This document shows, piece after piece, positions 9,407-16,682 of a DNA stretch of 31,348 nt. A program made the position numbers and the translations under genes. The notes under the pieces were generated by a model that saw nothing but the letters and a program-made list of their open reading frames with translations, did no database searches and was not told where the DNA came from. Origin of the DNA: a virus (Duplodnaviria > Caudoviricetes); IMG/VR virus record IMGVR_UViG_3300010153_000051, positions 1 through 31,348 of that record. One strand, written 5' to 3'. Position 1 is the first letter of the stretch, and every line of letters begins with the position of its first letter.

Positions 9407-9675
9407 TGTTTCTCCTTTATTATTGCTAAACATTCTTTAGCATTTAGTATTAATAATTCCTCTTCATTGTAAACAAGTGATGTCCCACTGTAATCAGGGA
9501 ATATAACTCTGTCTCCAACATTTACATCTTCAACCTCACTACCCACAGCAATAACCTTACCCTTGTTTTGTTTCTCCTGATTCGATGGTGCTAAAACAAT
9601 ACCACTGTCTGTCTCTTCTTTGACAGCATCCATCCTGATAGCTACTCTATTACCTACTGGTATTAGTGTCTTCAT
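9403..9675 (-). CDS. groES: Co-chaperonin GroES (Cpn10)
   Basis: LIPVGNRVAI...EETDSGIVLA...GKVIAVG...VNVGDRVIFPDYSGT...LLIL. Confidence 0.92.
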   Translation of the reverse strand: MKTLIPVGNRVAIRMDAVKEETDSGIVLAPSNQEKQNKGKVIAVGSEVEDVNVGDRVIFPDYSGTSLVYNEEELLILNAKECLAIIKEKQ

Positions 9676-9819
9676 TTATTTTCTCCTTTTAATTTTATCG
9701 TTTTGTTTCTTCATCTTACAATACAATTCAATATACTTTTTGTCTTGGAATATAATATTCTTTGGATTTAAATGCCCTTCTTTTTTTATATCCCAAGCAC
9801 TATCATTACTTATATTCAC
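9676..9819 (-). CDS. Small hypothetical protein (47 aa, not in ORF track)
   Basis: GTG start, MNISNDSAWDIKKEGHLNPKNIIFQDKKYIELYCKMKKQNDKIKRRK; fills the gap and stops next to the groES ATG. Confidence 0.5.
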   Translation of the reverse strand: MNISNDSAWDIKKEGHLNPKNIIFQDKKYIELYCKMKKQNDKIKRRK

Positions 9820-9949
9820 TCTTGTCTCTCTTCCTTCTTATAGATGATTGACGATTATAAAACATAAACTCAAACCCAAGCTTATCTAGTTTATCAATCA
9901 ACTTCCCTATTCTTTCTTGTATCTCAAACGCCTTTTCTGATTTACTCAT
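9806..9949 (-). CDS. Small hypothetical protein (47 aa)
   Basis: Start re-assigned to MSKSEKAF (GGAGG upstream). Confidence 0.6.
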   Translation of the reverse strand: MSKSEKAFEIQERIGKLIDKLDKLGFEFMFYNRQSSIRRKRDKSEYK

Positions 9950-10112
9950 TCTCTTCCTCCATGTCTTTTTCATATTTAAAGTCAGACCAGTCTCTGCATA
10001 CAGCACATAGGGCAGACCATATATTACATCCTACGTCTTCCATAGGCTCACTACTAGGTGAACCACCGCAATCACAGCAGACTAACACTCCTCTATCTTC
10101 ATCTTTACTCAT
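9942..10112 (-). CDS. Small zinc-finger protein (56 aa, not in ORF track)
   Basis: MSKDEDRGVLVCCDCGG...ALCAVCRDWSDF; two CxxC pairs; AAGGA RBS. Confidence 0.65.
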   Translation of the reverse strand: MSKDEDRGVLVCCDCGGSPSSEPMEDVGCNIWSALCAVCRDWSDFKYEKDMEEENE

Positions 10113-10227
10113 TAATATTCCTTAACATTTGTAATAGAAAATCTTTCTCTGAAATTATTCTATCAGATTCATATTTATCAATTACTTTTAATCTATCTAT
10201 TATAGTATTTATTATTTTTTGAACCAT
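10105..10227 (-). CDS. Small hypothetical protein (40 aa, not in ORF track)
   Basis: AAGGA RBS; first ORF after the promoter at 10282-10309. Confidence 0.55.
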   Translation of the reverse strand: MVQKIINTIIDRLKVIDKYESDRIISEKDFLLQMLRNINE

Positions 10228-10281
10228 TATGTTTTCCTTTTTGGTTTAAACCAAGGCACCATTGCTTTGGCTTACAACACT

Positions 10282-10309
10282 TATACGCCACTAACTTTAA
10301 AAAGTTCCC
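10282..10309 (-). promoter_or_regulatory. ECF-type promoter motif copy
   Basis: GGGAAC-TTTTTAAAGTTAGTGG-CGTATA. Confidence 0.75.
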
Positions 10310-10317
10310 AACTATTT

Positions 10318-10638
10318 TTAACTTCTTAAATGATATGTAGCATAATTTCTACCTTCACCACCAGTAGTTTCAATCACATACCCTTGTTCTTTTAAGGTAT
10401 AGATGATACCTGATAACCTAGTTGCATTATATAACTGTATAGCATCCCAACTAGTGATAGTCCCATGCTTCTCTAAATGTCTTAAGACATATAAAGTTTT
10501 GCTTGGTCTACCTTCACTTGAAGTTATCCTTGCTCTACCTGTTTTTAATGTAGGAACATTGGTATGTTTCTTTCTACCTGTTGCATAGGTTTTTGTATTG
10601 ACTGCTTTTTTTCTTCCATTTGCTAATGTTTTAGCCAT
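10318..10638 (-). CDS. Winged helix-turn-helix DNA-binding protein
   Basis: VLRHLEKHGTITSWDAIQLYNATRLSGIIYTLKEQGYVIET; basic N-terminal extension. Confidence 0.8.
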   Translation of the reverse strand: MAKTLANGRKKAVNTKTYATGRKKHTNVPTLKTGRARITSSEGRPSKTLYVLRHLEKHGTITSWDAIQLYNATRLSGIIYTLKEQGYVIETTGGEGRNYATYHLRS

Positions 10639-10652
10639 TGTTACTCCTTTTT

Positions 10653-11393
10653 TTATCGTTTACTCCATTTACTCTGACCCTTCAATCCACCTCCGCAGTG
10701 GTTGAAGTAGCCACAATATTTAACATTGCACTCCCACTCATATACTGGTGCGGTGCCTAATGATACCTCTGGTATCCCAACTTTAAATCGTTCATTCACA
10801 TCTTGCCAATACCTGTAAGCCTTATCAATAAAGGACTTAGGGACATTGACTTCTCTCATTAAAGAGTTGTCCTTGTTGTAATAAATCAATGCCAACTTCT
10901 GTAATTCTACATCATACTTTTGTTGGTACCAATATGCATACGTGCCTAACTGTAATGCATAGTTCTCTGCAGGTTCAGGGTCAGGTGTTCTACCAAACAA
11001 GTTCCTCCACTTAAAACTATTGCACGTTTTTATATCATACATTGCATCATCATCAACTATACATATATCAAAGAAGCCTCTGACATTTATGTCCTGTATC
11101 TGTATCTCTTCTTCAATCAATACGTCTACTCTTTCTTTCTCTCCATGTAACAGAAGCGCATCTTGTATATCTCCATGAACTAAATCACCAAGTCTAAACA
11201 ATCTTAATGTGTTTTCATCTACTGCTGTAGCTTCTACTTTCTCTACACTATTGTAATATATCTTACGCATACACATTCCACTAGACGAGGCATGGAACCA
11301 ATGCTCCCTGTCTTCGTATCTGTTGATACGATTGTCCTCGTTTAGTTTCTTGAGGTATCCTGCATATATATTTTTAATGTCAAGCATTGCCAC
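10653..11393 (-). CDS. Cas4-like / PD-(D/E)xK exonuclease with Fe-S cysteine pattern
   Basis: ASSSGMCMRK, GDLVH, RGFFD, YDIKT, QLGTY, C-terminal ECNVKYCGYFNHC. Confidence 0.85.
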   Translation of the reverse strand: MAMLDIKNIYAGYLKKLNEDNRINRYEDREHWFHASSSGMCMRKIYYNSVEKVEATAVDENTLRLFRLGDLVHGDIQDALLLHGEKERVDVLIEEEIQIQDINVRGFFDICIVDDDAMYDIKTCNSFKWRNLFGRTPDPEPAENYALQLGTYAYWYQQKYDVELQKLALIYYNKDNSLMREVNVPKSFIDKAYRYWQDVNERFKVGIPEVSLGTAPVYEWECNVKYCGYFNHCGGGLKGQSKWSKR

Positions 11394-11718
11394 TATTACT
11401 TTCGCCTAGCATATATACTCCATCACTATCTATAAACTGCAGCTTATTCATTCTACATACTTTTCTTACAGCCTCTTTTACTAAGGTAGTAAATCCAGTA
11501 GACACTGATGAACCATTAACCATTATCACTTCAAACTCTAATAAGTTTATTACTTCTCTACATATCTCATTAGCTTTCTTAACATCCATATCTTCAAACC
11601 CTTTTACGTAAGCTCCAATATCTTCCTTTGCAATAGGAACTATTACTGCATACTGGTTTAACTCTTCTAAGTCTGCCCTGTATTTTGACTCAATACTTTC
11701 TACACTATACTCTCTCAC
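11380..11718 (-). CDS. Hypothetical protein
   Basis: ORF track, GTG start, packed in the operon. Confidence 0.6.
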   Translation of the reverse strand: MREYSVESIESKYRADLEELNQYAVIVPIAKEDIGAYVKGFEDMDVKKANEICREVINLLEFEVIMVNGSSVSTGFTTLVKEAVRKVCRMNKLQFIDSDGVYMLGESNSGNA

Positions 11719-11851
11719 TCTTTTTCTCTCTTTCTTTTGTTGTTTCCTTGATTGCTAAATAACATCCAAAACAATATGGTTGTTTGTGTATTTCATATAC
11801 ATCCCACATCATCATTGTCTTCCAACAATCATAGCATTTTATTATTTTCAC
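11705..11851 (-). CDS. Small zinc-finger protein (48 aa, not in ORF track)
   Basis: MKIIKCYDCWK...PYCFGCYL; TAGTG overlap with the upstream stop. Confidence 0.6.
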   Translation of the reverse strand: MKIIKCYDCWKTMMMWDVYEIHKQPYCFGCYLAIKETTKEREKKSERV

Positions 11852-12138
11852 TACGCCATGTTATCCATAGCATAGTCTTGTTGTTTCTCATTCCATCCAT
11901 CAACCTCTGCTTGTGTGTTGTCTTCAAGCTCTTTGATTTTTTCTTCAAGTTCCTCACGAATACTATCTGTATCGTAGTGTGTAATACCTGTCTCTTGGTC
12001 TATTGTGTAATACGCTTGTATTGTTATTTCAGGATTGCCAACTATCTCTCTTTGTTTTACAAGCTCTTCCACTTCTACTTCTCTACATACCTCAAGTAAT
12101 TCACGTCTCTGTCTATCTAACTCACTCATCTTACCCAT
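11851..12138 (-). CDS. Acidic hypothetical protein
   Basis: AAGGAG RBS, TAATG overlap. Confidence 0.7.
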   Translation of the reverse strand: MGKMSELDRQRRELLEVCREVEVEELVKQREIVGNPEITIQAYYTIDQETGITHYDTDSIREELEEKIKELEDNTQAEVDGWNEKQQDYAMDNMA

Positions 12139-12506
12139 TATCTTTCTCCTTTGTTTATTTTATTTAACTCATCTTTAATAAAAGATTTTATCCATTTATC
12201 AAATCCACAAGCATAGCTATTGTTTGAACCTATATTGAACTGAACCTCCTCATCTAACTTCCAAAAGTTTACTGGTTCAATACCATCTGATTCATACAGC
12301 GTAGTATACTTCCAATCATATAGAGTTACTGGTGTTCCTGTTTCTCTGTGTTCAAACAGATACTCGCCTGATACCTTGTAACTATCCATAACGTGTGGCT
12401 TACCAAACACCATCAATAGTTCCACTGGTTTTAACATCACCTCTCCGAACCTGTATGTCCCACCTGTTTCTATGTTGGGGTTTGCTTTGTATTCATTTAC
12501 TTTCAC
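12138..12506 (-). CDS. Hypothetical protein
   Basis: GTG start with TAGTG overlap; motif VTLYDWK. Confidence 0.7.
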   Translation of the reverse strand: MKVNEYKANPNIETGGTYRFGEVMLKPVELLMVFGKPHVMDSYKVSGEYLFEHRETGTPVTLYDWKYTTLYESDGIEPVNFWKLDEEVQFNIGSNNSYACGFDKWIKSFIKDELNKINKGER

Positions 12507-12619
12507 TATTCTTCTTCCTTTATTCCAATAGCTTTTAGTAATGCTGTCATCAAGATAAATAACATACCAAGAAACATCATACCATAGCTAATTATTTTTA
12601 TTATTATTTTACCAATCAT
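12506..12619 (-). CDS. Small membrane protein (37 aa, not in ORF track)
   Basis: MIGKIIIKIISYGMMFLGMLFILMTALLKAIGIKEEE; both ends overlap neighbouring stop/start codons. Confidence 0.6.
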   Translation of the reverse strand: MIGKIIIKIISYGMMFLGMLFILMTALLKAIGIKEEE

Positions 12620-12990
12620 TACATCTCTGCGTTCAAGACACAAGAACCCTGCTCTTTTACGCACTCATATATTTTATTACCTAACTCTAGCCTTGCATAC
12701 CATTTTAGCAAGTAACCTACCTTCTCTTCATCTATTGAAAGATATTCTGCTAACTCGTTATCATTGTATGACTTAGCCTCATTAAAGAAGGTATCCATCT
12801 TTTCTCTATATCCATGTAAAGCTTTCTTACAATCCTTGATTCCTTTTTCTATTTGCTTCATGCTACTATCATCTATATAATAGTCTATGTAACTTCTATC
12901 TTCTTCCATTCCGAAGAACTCTTGGTCAGTTGAGGATTGAACTGCAAACCAAAACTTACCTTCTATATCTCCACTATAGTATCTTCCCAT
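12619..12990 (-). CDS. Hypothetical phage protein (MGRYYSGDIEGKFWFAVQSS type)
   Basis: AAGGAG RBS; clean ORF. Confidence 0.75.
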   Translation of the reverse strand: MGRYYSGDIEGKFWFAVQSSTDQEFFGMEEDRSYIDYYIDDSSMKQIEKGIKDCKKALHGYREKMDTFFNEAKSYNDNELAEYLSIDEEKVGYLLKWYARLELGNKIYECVKEQGSCVLNAEM

Positions 12991-13025
12991 TTTTAACTCT
13001 CCTTTTTTTTATTATCATTATATTT

Positions 13026-13074
13026 AGAACTGAGGTAGCTTTACACGTGCTAAATTTATCGCTACCTCTGTTCT
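13026..13074 (-). other. Leader stem-loop downstream of a promoter
   Basis: AGAACAGAGGTAGC / GCTACCTCAGTTCT, 13 of 14 bp paired, 21-nt loop. Confidence 0.65.
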
Positions 13075-13096
13075 GATTTTTATTATTTATACTACT

Positions 13097-13124
13097 CTTA
13101 CGAACCTAATTAAATAAAGTTCCC
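13097..13124 (-). promoter_or_regulatory. ECF-type promoter motif copy
   Basis: GGGAAC-TTTATTTAATTAGGTT-CGTAAG. Confidence 0.75.
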
Positions 13125-13135
13125 AACTATTTTAT

Positions 13136-13492
13136 TTAGTGTAAGTCTTTTGCTCTTCCTTTAAATCCTAAGTTTGACATATGAATATGATTTATTATTA
13201 ACTTCACTGCTAATTTTAAATCCTTAGTAGTTCTTATCACTGAATACATCTGCCATACGAGGTTAAGTCTAATCTTATATAGTCCATCTCCCATGCCATG
13301 CAACTCAACATCATAGTCAGTAATGCTATCTATTTTTTGGATACCTTCATACCCATATACTTCTTCTCGTTTTTCTAATTCATTGTAAAGCTCTGTAGCA
13401 AACACATTCCTAAGTTGCTTCGTTCTTTCTTTAGGATTAAAATCTAATTTATGATTGCCATGTAACTCTTCTACCATATTATCTATCTTCAT
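13136..13492 (-). CDS. Hypothetical protein
   Basis: ORF track; stop lies just before the promoter motif. Confidence 0.7.
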   Translation of the reverse strand: MKIDNMVEELHGNHKLDFNPKERTKQLRNVFATELYNELEKREEVYGYEGIQKIDSITDYDVELHGMGDGLYKIRLNLVWQMYSVIRTTKDLKLAVKLIINHIHMSNLGFKGRAKDLH

Positions 13493-13679
13493 TTAATACA
13501 CCTGCTTTCTTTTCTGTTTCGTTTATTAATTTTATAATAGTCTCAGACATTTCTGCCCTACCTTCTAATATTAATTTATCATGCTCTGCTCGTTCAGAAT
13601 TTGTTTCATCACTTACGCAATACCAAACTTCCTCTTCACAAAATAATTTAATTTTATCTATTAACTTTTTTCTATACAC
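13479..13679 (-). CDS. Hypothetical protein
   Basis: Start re-assigned to GTG 13679 after AAGGAG (TAGTG overlap). Confidence 0.6.
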   Translation of the reverse strand: MYRKKLIDKIKLFCEEEVWYCVSDETNSERAEHDKLILEGRAEMSETIIKLINETEKKAGVLNEDR

Positions 13680-13987
13680 TACTGCTCCTTTTGTTTGTAT
13701 TGAATATCTACTATCCAATAGTTACTTCCCTCTTCATCTTCATAAAATTTAAGGTTGTCTCCCATCTCTTTAACTATACGTTCATAGTTCCTTTGAATAT
13801 AGACATAGCTTTGTCCGTCTTGTAAAGGGCTATCCATAAACTCTAGCTCTTCTAAGACTGCTCTTCTCTCTCGTATCATATTGTATTCTCCACCAAGTCT
13901 GATGTGTTCATAATCACAAAACTTATTATACACATTTTCTACTTCGTGTTCTTGTTGTAGTTCATACATCTCTTTGTATGTTTTCAT
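13679..13987 (-). CDS. Acidic hypothetical protein
   Basis: AAGGAGAACAAATG start context. Confidence 0.7.
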   Translation of the reverse strand: MKTYKEMYELQQEHEVENVYNKFCDYEHIRLGGEYNMIRERRAVLEELEFMDSPLQDGQSYVYIQRNYERIVKEMGDNLKFYEDEEGSNYWIVDIQYKQKEQ

Positions 13988-14199
13988 TTGTTCTCCTTGT
14001 TTGTTATAGGGTTGTATCTCACATCAATCCAAACATCTATTTGTTCTACTTCTTTAAAATGTTTGAATACTTTTATTGCCTCTTTTACTTGTTTTATATC
14101 TGTTATATCGTCTATGTAATGTAAATCTCCACCACTATCACTAAACAATACAAACTGATAATCTTTATTTAATGATTTTAACATTTCATTTATGTCCAT
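13984..14199 (-). CDS. Hypothetical protein (MDINEMLK...)
   Basis: Start re-assigned to ATG 14199 after AAAGGAGAACAA. Confidence 0.7.
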   Translation of the reverse strand: MDINEMLKSLNKDYQFVLFSDSGGDLHYIDDITDIKQVKEAIKVFKHFKEVEQIDVWIDVRYNPITNKENK

Positions 14200-14221
14200 T
14201 TGTTCTCCTTTGTTTAATTTG

Positions 14222-14479
14222 TTACTCGCAATACGTTTCAACTTTCATTTGTCCTTCTGAATATTCCTTTAAGAACTCTGTCATCTTAGGATTACAACAG
14301 ATTATATCAATTATATTTCCATAGATTTCGTTCATGCGTTGTATCTTATTGAACAACTTTTCTTGTCCCTCTTCATCTAAGGGTAATTGCATTTGGTTCA
14401 TCTCATTAACTACATCTTGTAATGACATTGACAAATTCCATAGTCTTACTTCATCTATTCCACTTCCTGCTAATTTCAT
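14222..14479 (-). CDS. Hypothetical protein
   Basis: AAGGAG RBS directly downstream of promoter 14510-14537. Confidence 0.7.
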   Translation of the reverse strand: MKLAGSGIDEVRLWNLSMSLQDVVNEMNQMQLPLDEEGQEKLFNKIQRMNEIYGNIIDIICCNPKMTEFLKEYSEGQMKVETYCE

Positions 14480-14509
14480 TTTTGCTCCTTTGTTTTTGTT
14501 TCTACTACT

Positions 14510-14537
14510 TATACGAACCTAATCAATAAAGGTTCCC
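14510..14537 (-). promoter_or_regulatory. ECF-type promoter motif copy
   Basis: GGGAAC-CTTTATTGATTAGGTT-CGTATA. Confidence 0.75.
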
Positions 14538-14539
14538 AA

Positions 14540-14788
14540 CTATTTTTTATTCTCCTTTATCTTTTTGCATAATTCATACATAAAACTTTGTCTAAGTTCT
14601 GCTATCATTTCATCATGCATACCATCTACTTTCCATATCATATCAATTAAATCATTTGATGATAGCTCTTGAAATTTTTTCAATCCTTCTTCGTCTTCAT
14701 TGTGAATAAATTCTTCTTCAATTCTATCTATATAAATAGATACTATATTATATTTTTCTAAGTGTTTTTCTAATTCATTTATGTCCAT
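14540..14788 (-). CDS. Acidic hypothetical protein (MDINELEK...)
   Basis: Start re-assigned to ATG 14788 after AAAGGAG; its TAG stop is the TAG within the AAATAGTTGGGAAC motif. Confidence 0.7.
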   Translation of the reverse strand: MDINELEKHLEKYNIVSIYIDRIEEEFIHNEDEEGLKKFQELSSNDLIDMIWKVDGMHDEMIAELRQSFMYELCKKIKENKK

Positions 14789-14811
14789 TTGTTCTCCTTT
14801 GTTTAATACGC

Positions 14812-14977
14812 TGGGGATAGTAATATAATGATTATGCATTATCTCATTTAATATTCTCATTGTGCTATTGCCATATTCTCACATAACTTTTGCAGTTAAT
14901 CCTACATTTTCTCAAATGTTATAATACCCTAACCAACACTCTCTCGCAAAGAGTGGCGAAAATATCCACCACCCCCA
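14812..14977 (-). ncRNA. Candidate structured RNA with repeated UGAGA motifs
   Basis: Closing stem 14966-14977/14812-14823 (G-U pairs on the minus strand), internal hairpins, four TGAGA(A/T)(A/T)AT motifs. Confidence 0.45.
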
Positions 14978-14982
14978 ATTCT

Positions 14983-15318
14983 TTAATAGTCTCTCACTAT
15001 ATATCTATAAGTCCAATTATCACTATGATAATCTTGAGGCTTGTCGTAATGCTTGAACTCTACTACTTGTGTGTTCTCCATAATATCGTCAAGGCTTTTC
15101 TTATCATAATTATCTAACAATTCTTCTTGACTATCGTATTCAGAATACTCACAACAAAAAGCAATCCAATCCATTTCAAATTCCTCTCCAATGTCTACTT
15201 CTAAATCCACTAAATATTTATATAGTGCCTTCTTACCATCATAAGAAAAATTATCTTTATGATGTGTATATTTATTACTATAATTTATAAAATCATGTTC
15301 ACTCACATTTAAATACAT
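14983..15318 (-). CDS. Acidic hypothetical phage protein
   Basis: AAGGAG RBS; FSYDGKKALYKYL...EMDWIAFCCEYSEY; roughly a quarter Asp/Glu. Confidence 0.75.
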   Translation of the reverse strand: MYLNVSEHDFINYSNKYTHHKDNFSYDGKKALYKYLVDLEVDIGEEFEMDWIAFCCEYSEYDSQEELLDNYDKKSLDDIMENTQVVEFKHYDKPQDYHSDNWTYRYIVRDY

Positions 15319-15342
15319 AAGCTCTCCTTTGTTTCTATTATT

Positions 15343-15370
15343 CTAACTATCTTAATTAATATTTGTTCCC
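15343..15370 (-). promoter_or_regulatory. ECF-type promoter motif copy (variant, overlaps 3' end of upstream ORF)
   Basis: AAATATTT-GGGAAC-AAATATTAATTAAGAT-AGTTAG followed by a leader and AAGGAG. Confidence 0.55.
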
Positions 15371-15588
15371 AAATATTTTATTTTCTTATCCTTTAGCATT
15401 TTATTTATACTATCAATAATAATTTCTGCTTGATGGTTTTCAGTTTCTAGGATAGTATATTGTTCTCTCTCTTCGTCGTAATATCTACCATCATAATCTT
15501 CAAATTCTCTCTCCATTATTCTATTGTTGCATTTTATTGTAACTTGACAACTTCTTTTTATGGACATTATCATTTGTTTATAATCCAT
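15352..15588 (-). CDS. Hypothetical protein
   Basis: AAGGAG RBS. Confidence 0.7.
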   Translation of the reverse strand: MDYKQMIMSIKRSCQVTIKCNNRIMEREFEDYDGRYYDEEREQYTILETENHQAEIIIDSINKMLKDKKIKYLGTNIN

Positions 15589-15618
15589 TTAAACTCCTTT
15601 GTTTTTTCTTTATAGAAT

Positions 15619-15685
15619 TAAGAGTTACCTTTATCATCTAGTTCAGTATAATATATCTATCATACCTATATAAAAGTAACTCTTA
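15619..15685 (-). other. Leader stem-loop downstream of a promoter
   Basis: 16-bp stem TAAGAGTTACTTTTAT / ATAAAGGTAACTCTTA with one G-U on the minus strand, 35-nt loop. Confidence 0.65.
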
Positions 15686-15698
15686 TATTTCTATTAAT

Positions 15699-15726
15699 GC
15701 TACGTTTAGAACTAATTAAAGTTCCC
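15699..15726 (-). promoter_or_regulatory. ECF-type promoter motif copy
   Basis: GGGAAC-TTTAATTAGTTCTAAA-CGTAGC. Confidence 0.75.
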
Positions 15727-15733
15727 AACTATT

Positions 15734-15964
15734 TTATTTATATATTGGTTTATATTCCCAATAGTATAAACTAGCCTCATTAATAGCGTTTATTATTGCT
15801 TGTTCATCTGAACAATTATAATATTTGCCACTCTCCAACGGAAACTTTTGGCCTCTAATCCTCACCAACTTTCCATTATCATTAGATAAAAATTTGGCCT
15901 TCTCAACTTTAATTTGTTTGGCCTTCTTAATACCTAACATCTTTAATTTATTTTTTAAAGTCAT
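15734..15964 (-). CDS. Hypothetical protein, first full gene of the leftward arm
   Basis: GAGGAG RBS. Confidence 0.7.
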   Translation of the reverse strand: MTLKNKLKMLGIKKAKQIKVEKAKFLSNDNGKLVRIRGQKFPLESGKYYNCSDEQAIINAINEASLYYWEYKPIYK

Positions 15965-15998
15965 TATAACTCCTCAATATAATTAATGTTATGTTATA

Positions 15999-16026
15999 TA
16001 TATGACATCAAATAAAATAAGTTCCC
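15999..16026 (-). promoter_or_regulatory. ECF-type promoter motif copy
   Basis: GGGAAC-TTATTTTATTTGATGT-CATATA. Confidence 0.65.
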
Positions 16027-16117
16027 AACTATTTTAAATAATTTGGTTTCTCTTTTTGTTGCTTGTCATACTATACCTACTATATATAATAAAATAAGTT
16101 CCCAACTATTTTAAATA
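16011..16117. repeat. 30-bp direct repeat (16011-16040 and 16088-16117)
   Basis: AATAAAATAAGTTCCCAACTATTTTAAATA occurs twice, 77 bp apart. Confidence 0.9.
16076..16103 (-). promoter_or_regulatory. ECF-type promoter motif copy
   Basis: GGGAAC-TTATTTTATTATATAT-AGTAGG. Confidence 0.65.
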
Positions 16118-16256
16118 TAATTTATTTCTATGATGACAAAATGATTAAAACATATCATGACGGCGTTAAAAAGTTTTTTTAATGTTAGCGTATGAATAAT
16201 TGTAAAAGCTTGATTAAGCCCTATTTTAAAGCCTTCTAGCCCTATTATAAATACTT

Positions 16257-16284
16257 GGGAACCTTTTTTATTTATAAGCGTATA
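16257..16284 (+). promoter_or_regulatory. ECF-type promoter motif copy (rightward)
   Basis: GGGAAC-CTTTTTTATTTATAAG-CGTATA. Confidence 0.75.
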
Positions 16285-16299
16285 AGCAAACTTTTGCTA

Positions 16300-16319
16300 T
16301 GTGTATAACTTGTGGATAA
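16300..16319 (+). promoter_or_regulatory. Tandem DnaA-box pair
   Basis: TGTGTATAA-CT-TGTGGATAA; both are reverse complements of TTATNCACA. Confidence 0.7.
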
Positions 16320-16336
16320 CTTTATTTAAAAAACTT

Positions 16337-16364
16337 GGGAACTTTTTTAAATTAGATATATATA
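16337..16364 (+). promoter_or_regulatory. ECF-type promoter motif copy (divergent -10)
   Basis: GGGAAC-TTTTTTAAATTAGATA-TATATA. Confidence 0.55.
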
Positions 16365-16399
16365 AAAGATGTAGCAAAAAACAACATAAGGAATAAAAA

Positions 16400-16612
16400 A
16401 TGCAATTAATAAAACAATATGAAAAAAATTTACAGGCAATAAATAGAAAAAAAATGTTAATATTATTAAAAGATTATAAAGAAGCATTTAATGAAGTTTC
16501 AAGTATTCAAAAATTATTACTATTGAATAAAGCATTTGAAGAAGAATTAAATGAAATATTACCAAAGGGCTTCAAAGTCAAAGATTTGACCACATTAATA
16601 CAAGTATTTTAA
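16400..16612 (+). CDS. Small early hypothetical protein
   Basis: TAAGGA RBS; stop lies just before the next motif. Confidence 0.7.
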   Translation: MQLIKQYEKNLQAINRKKMLILLKDYKEAFNEVSSIQKLLLLNKAFEEELNEILPKGFKVKDLTTLIQVF

Positions 16613-16618
16613 ATAATT

Positions 16619-16646
16619 GGGAACTTAATTAAATTTAAGTAGTAGC
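16619..16646 (+). promoter_or_regulatory. ECF-type promoter motif copy
   Basis: GGGAAC-TTAATTAAATTTAAGT-AGTAGC. Confidence 0.7.
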
Positions 16647-16682
16647 AATAATATAACATTAATAATTTAAGGAATAAAAAAA

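Larger units (their letters stand above)
14185..14807. repeat. 34-bp exact direct repeat (14185-14218 and 14774-14807) covering RBS plus first five codons
   Basis: TTCATTTATGTCCATTTGTTCTCCTTTGTTTAAT occurs twice. Confidence 0.9.

Noticed and set aside
10653-11393. Cas4-like gene as evidence of a CRISPR-Cas system
   Set aside because: No cas1/cas2 or array; stand-alone Cas4-like exonucleases near ERF and SSB are ordinary phage recombination genes
14789-14860. N-terminal extension of ORF 14540-14860, and similar extensions at 14241, 13718, 10006, 9433, 6211, 4437 and 21677
   Set aside because: Downstream starts have a clear SD sequence and/or stop-start coupling
5860-16222. Loose similarity (ACGGC...AAnTTTTTTTA...GCCCT) between the convergence gap near 5866-5921 and the divergence gap near 16160-16222
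   Set aside because: Short matches with different spacing in AT-rich DNA; not distinguishable from chance by eye
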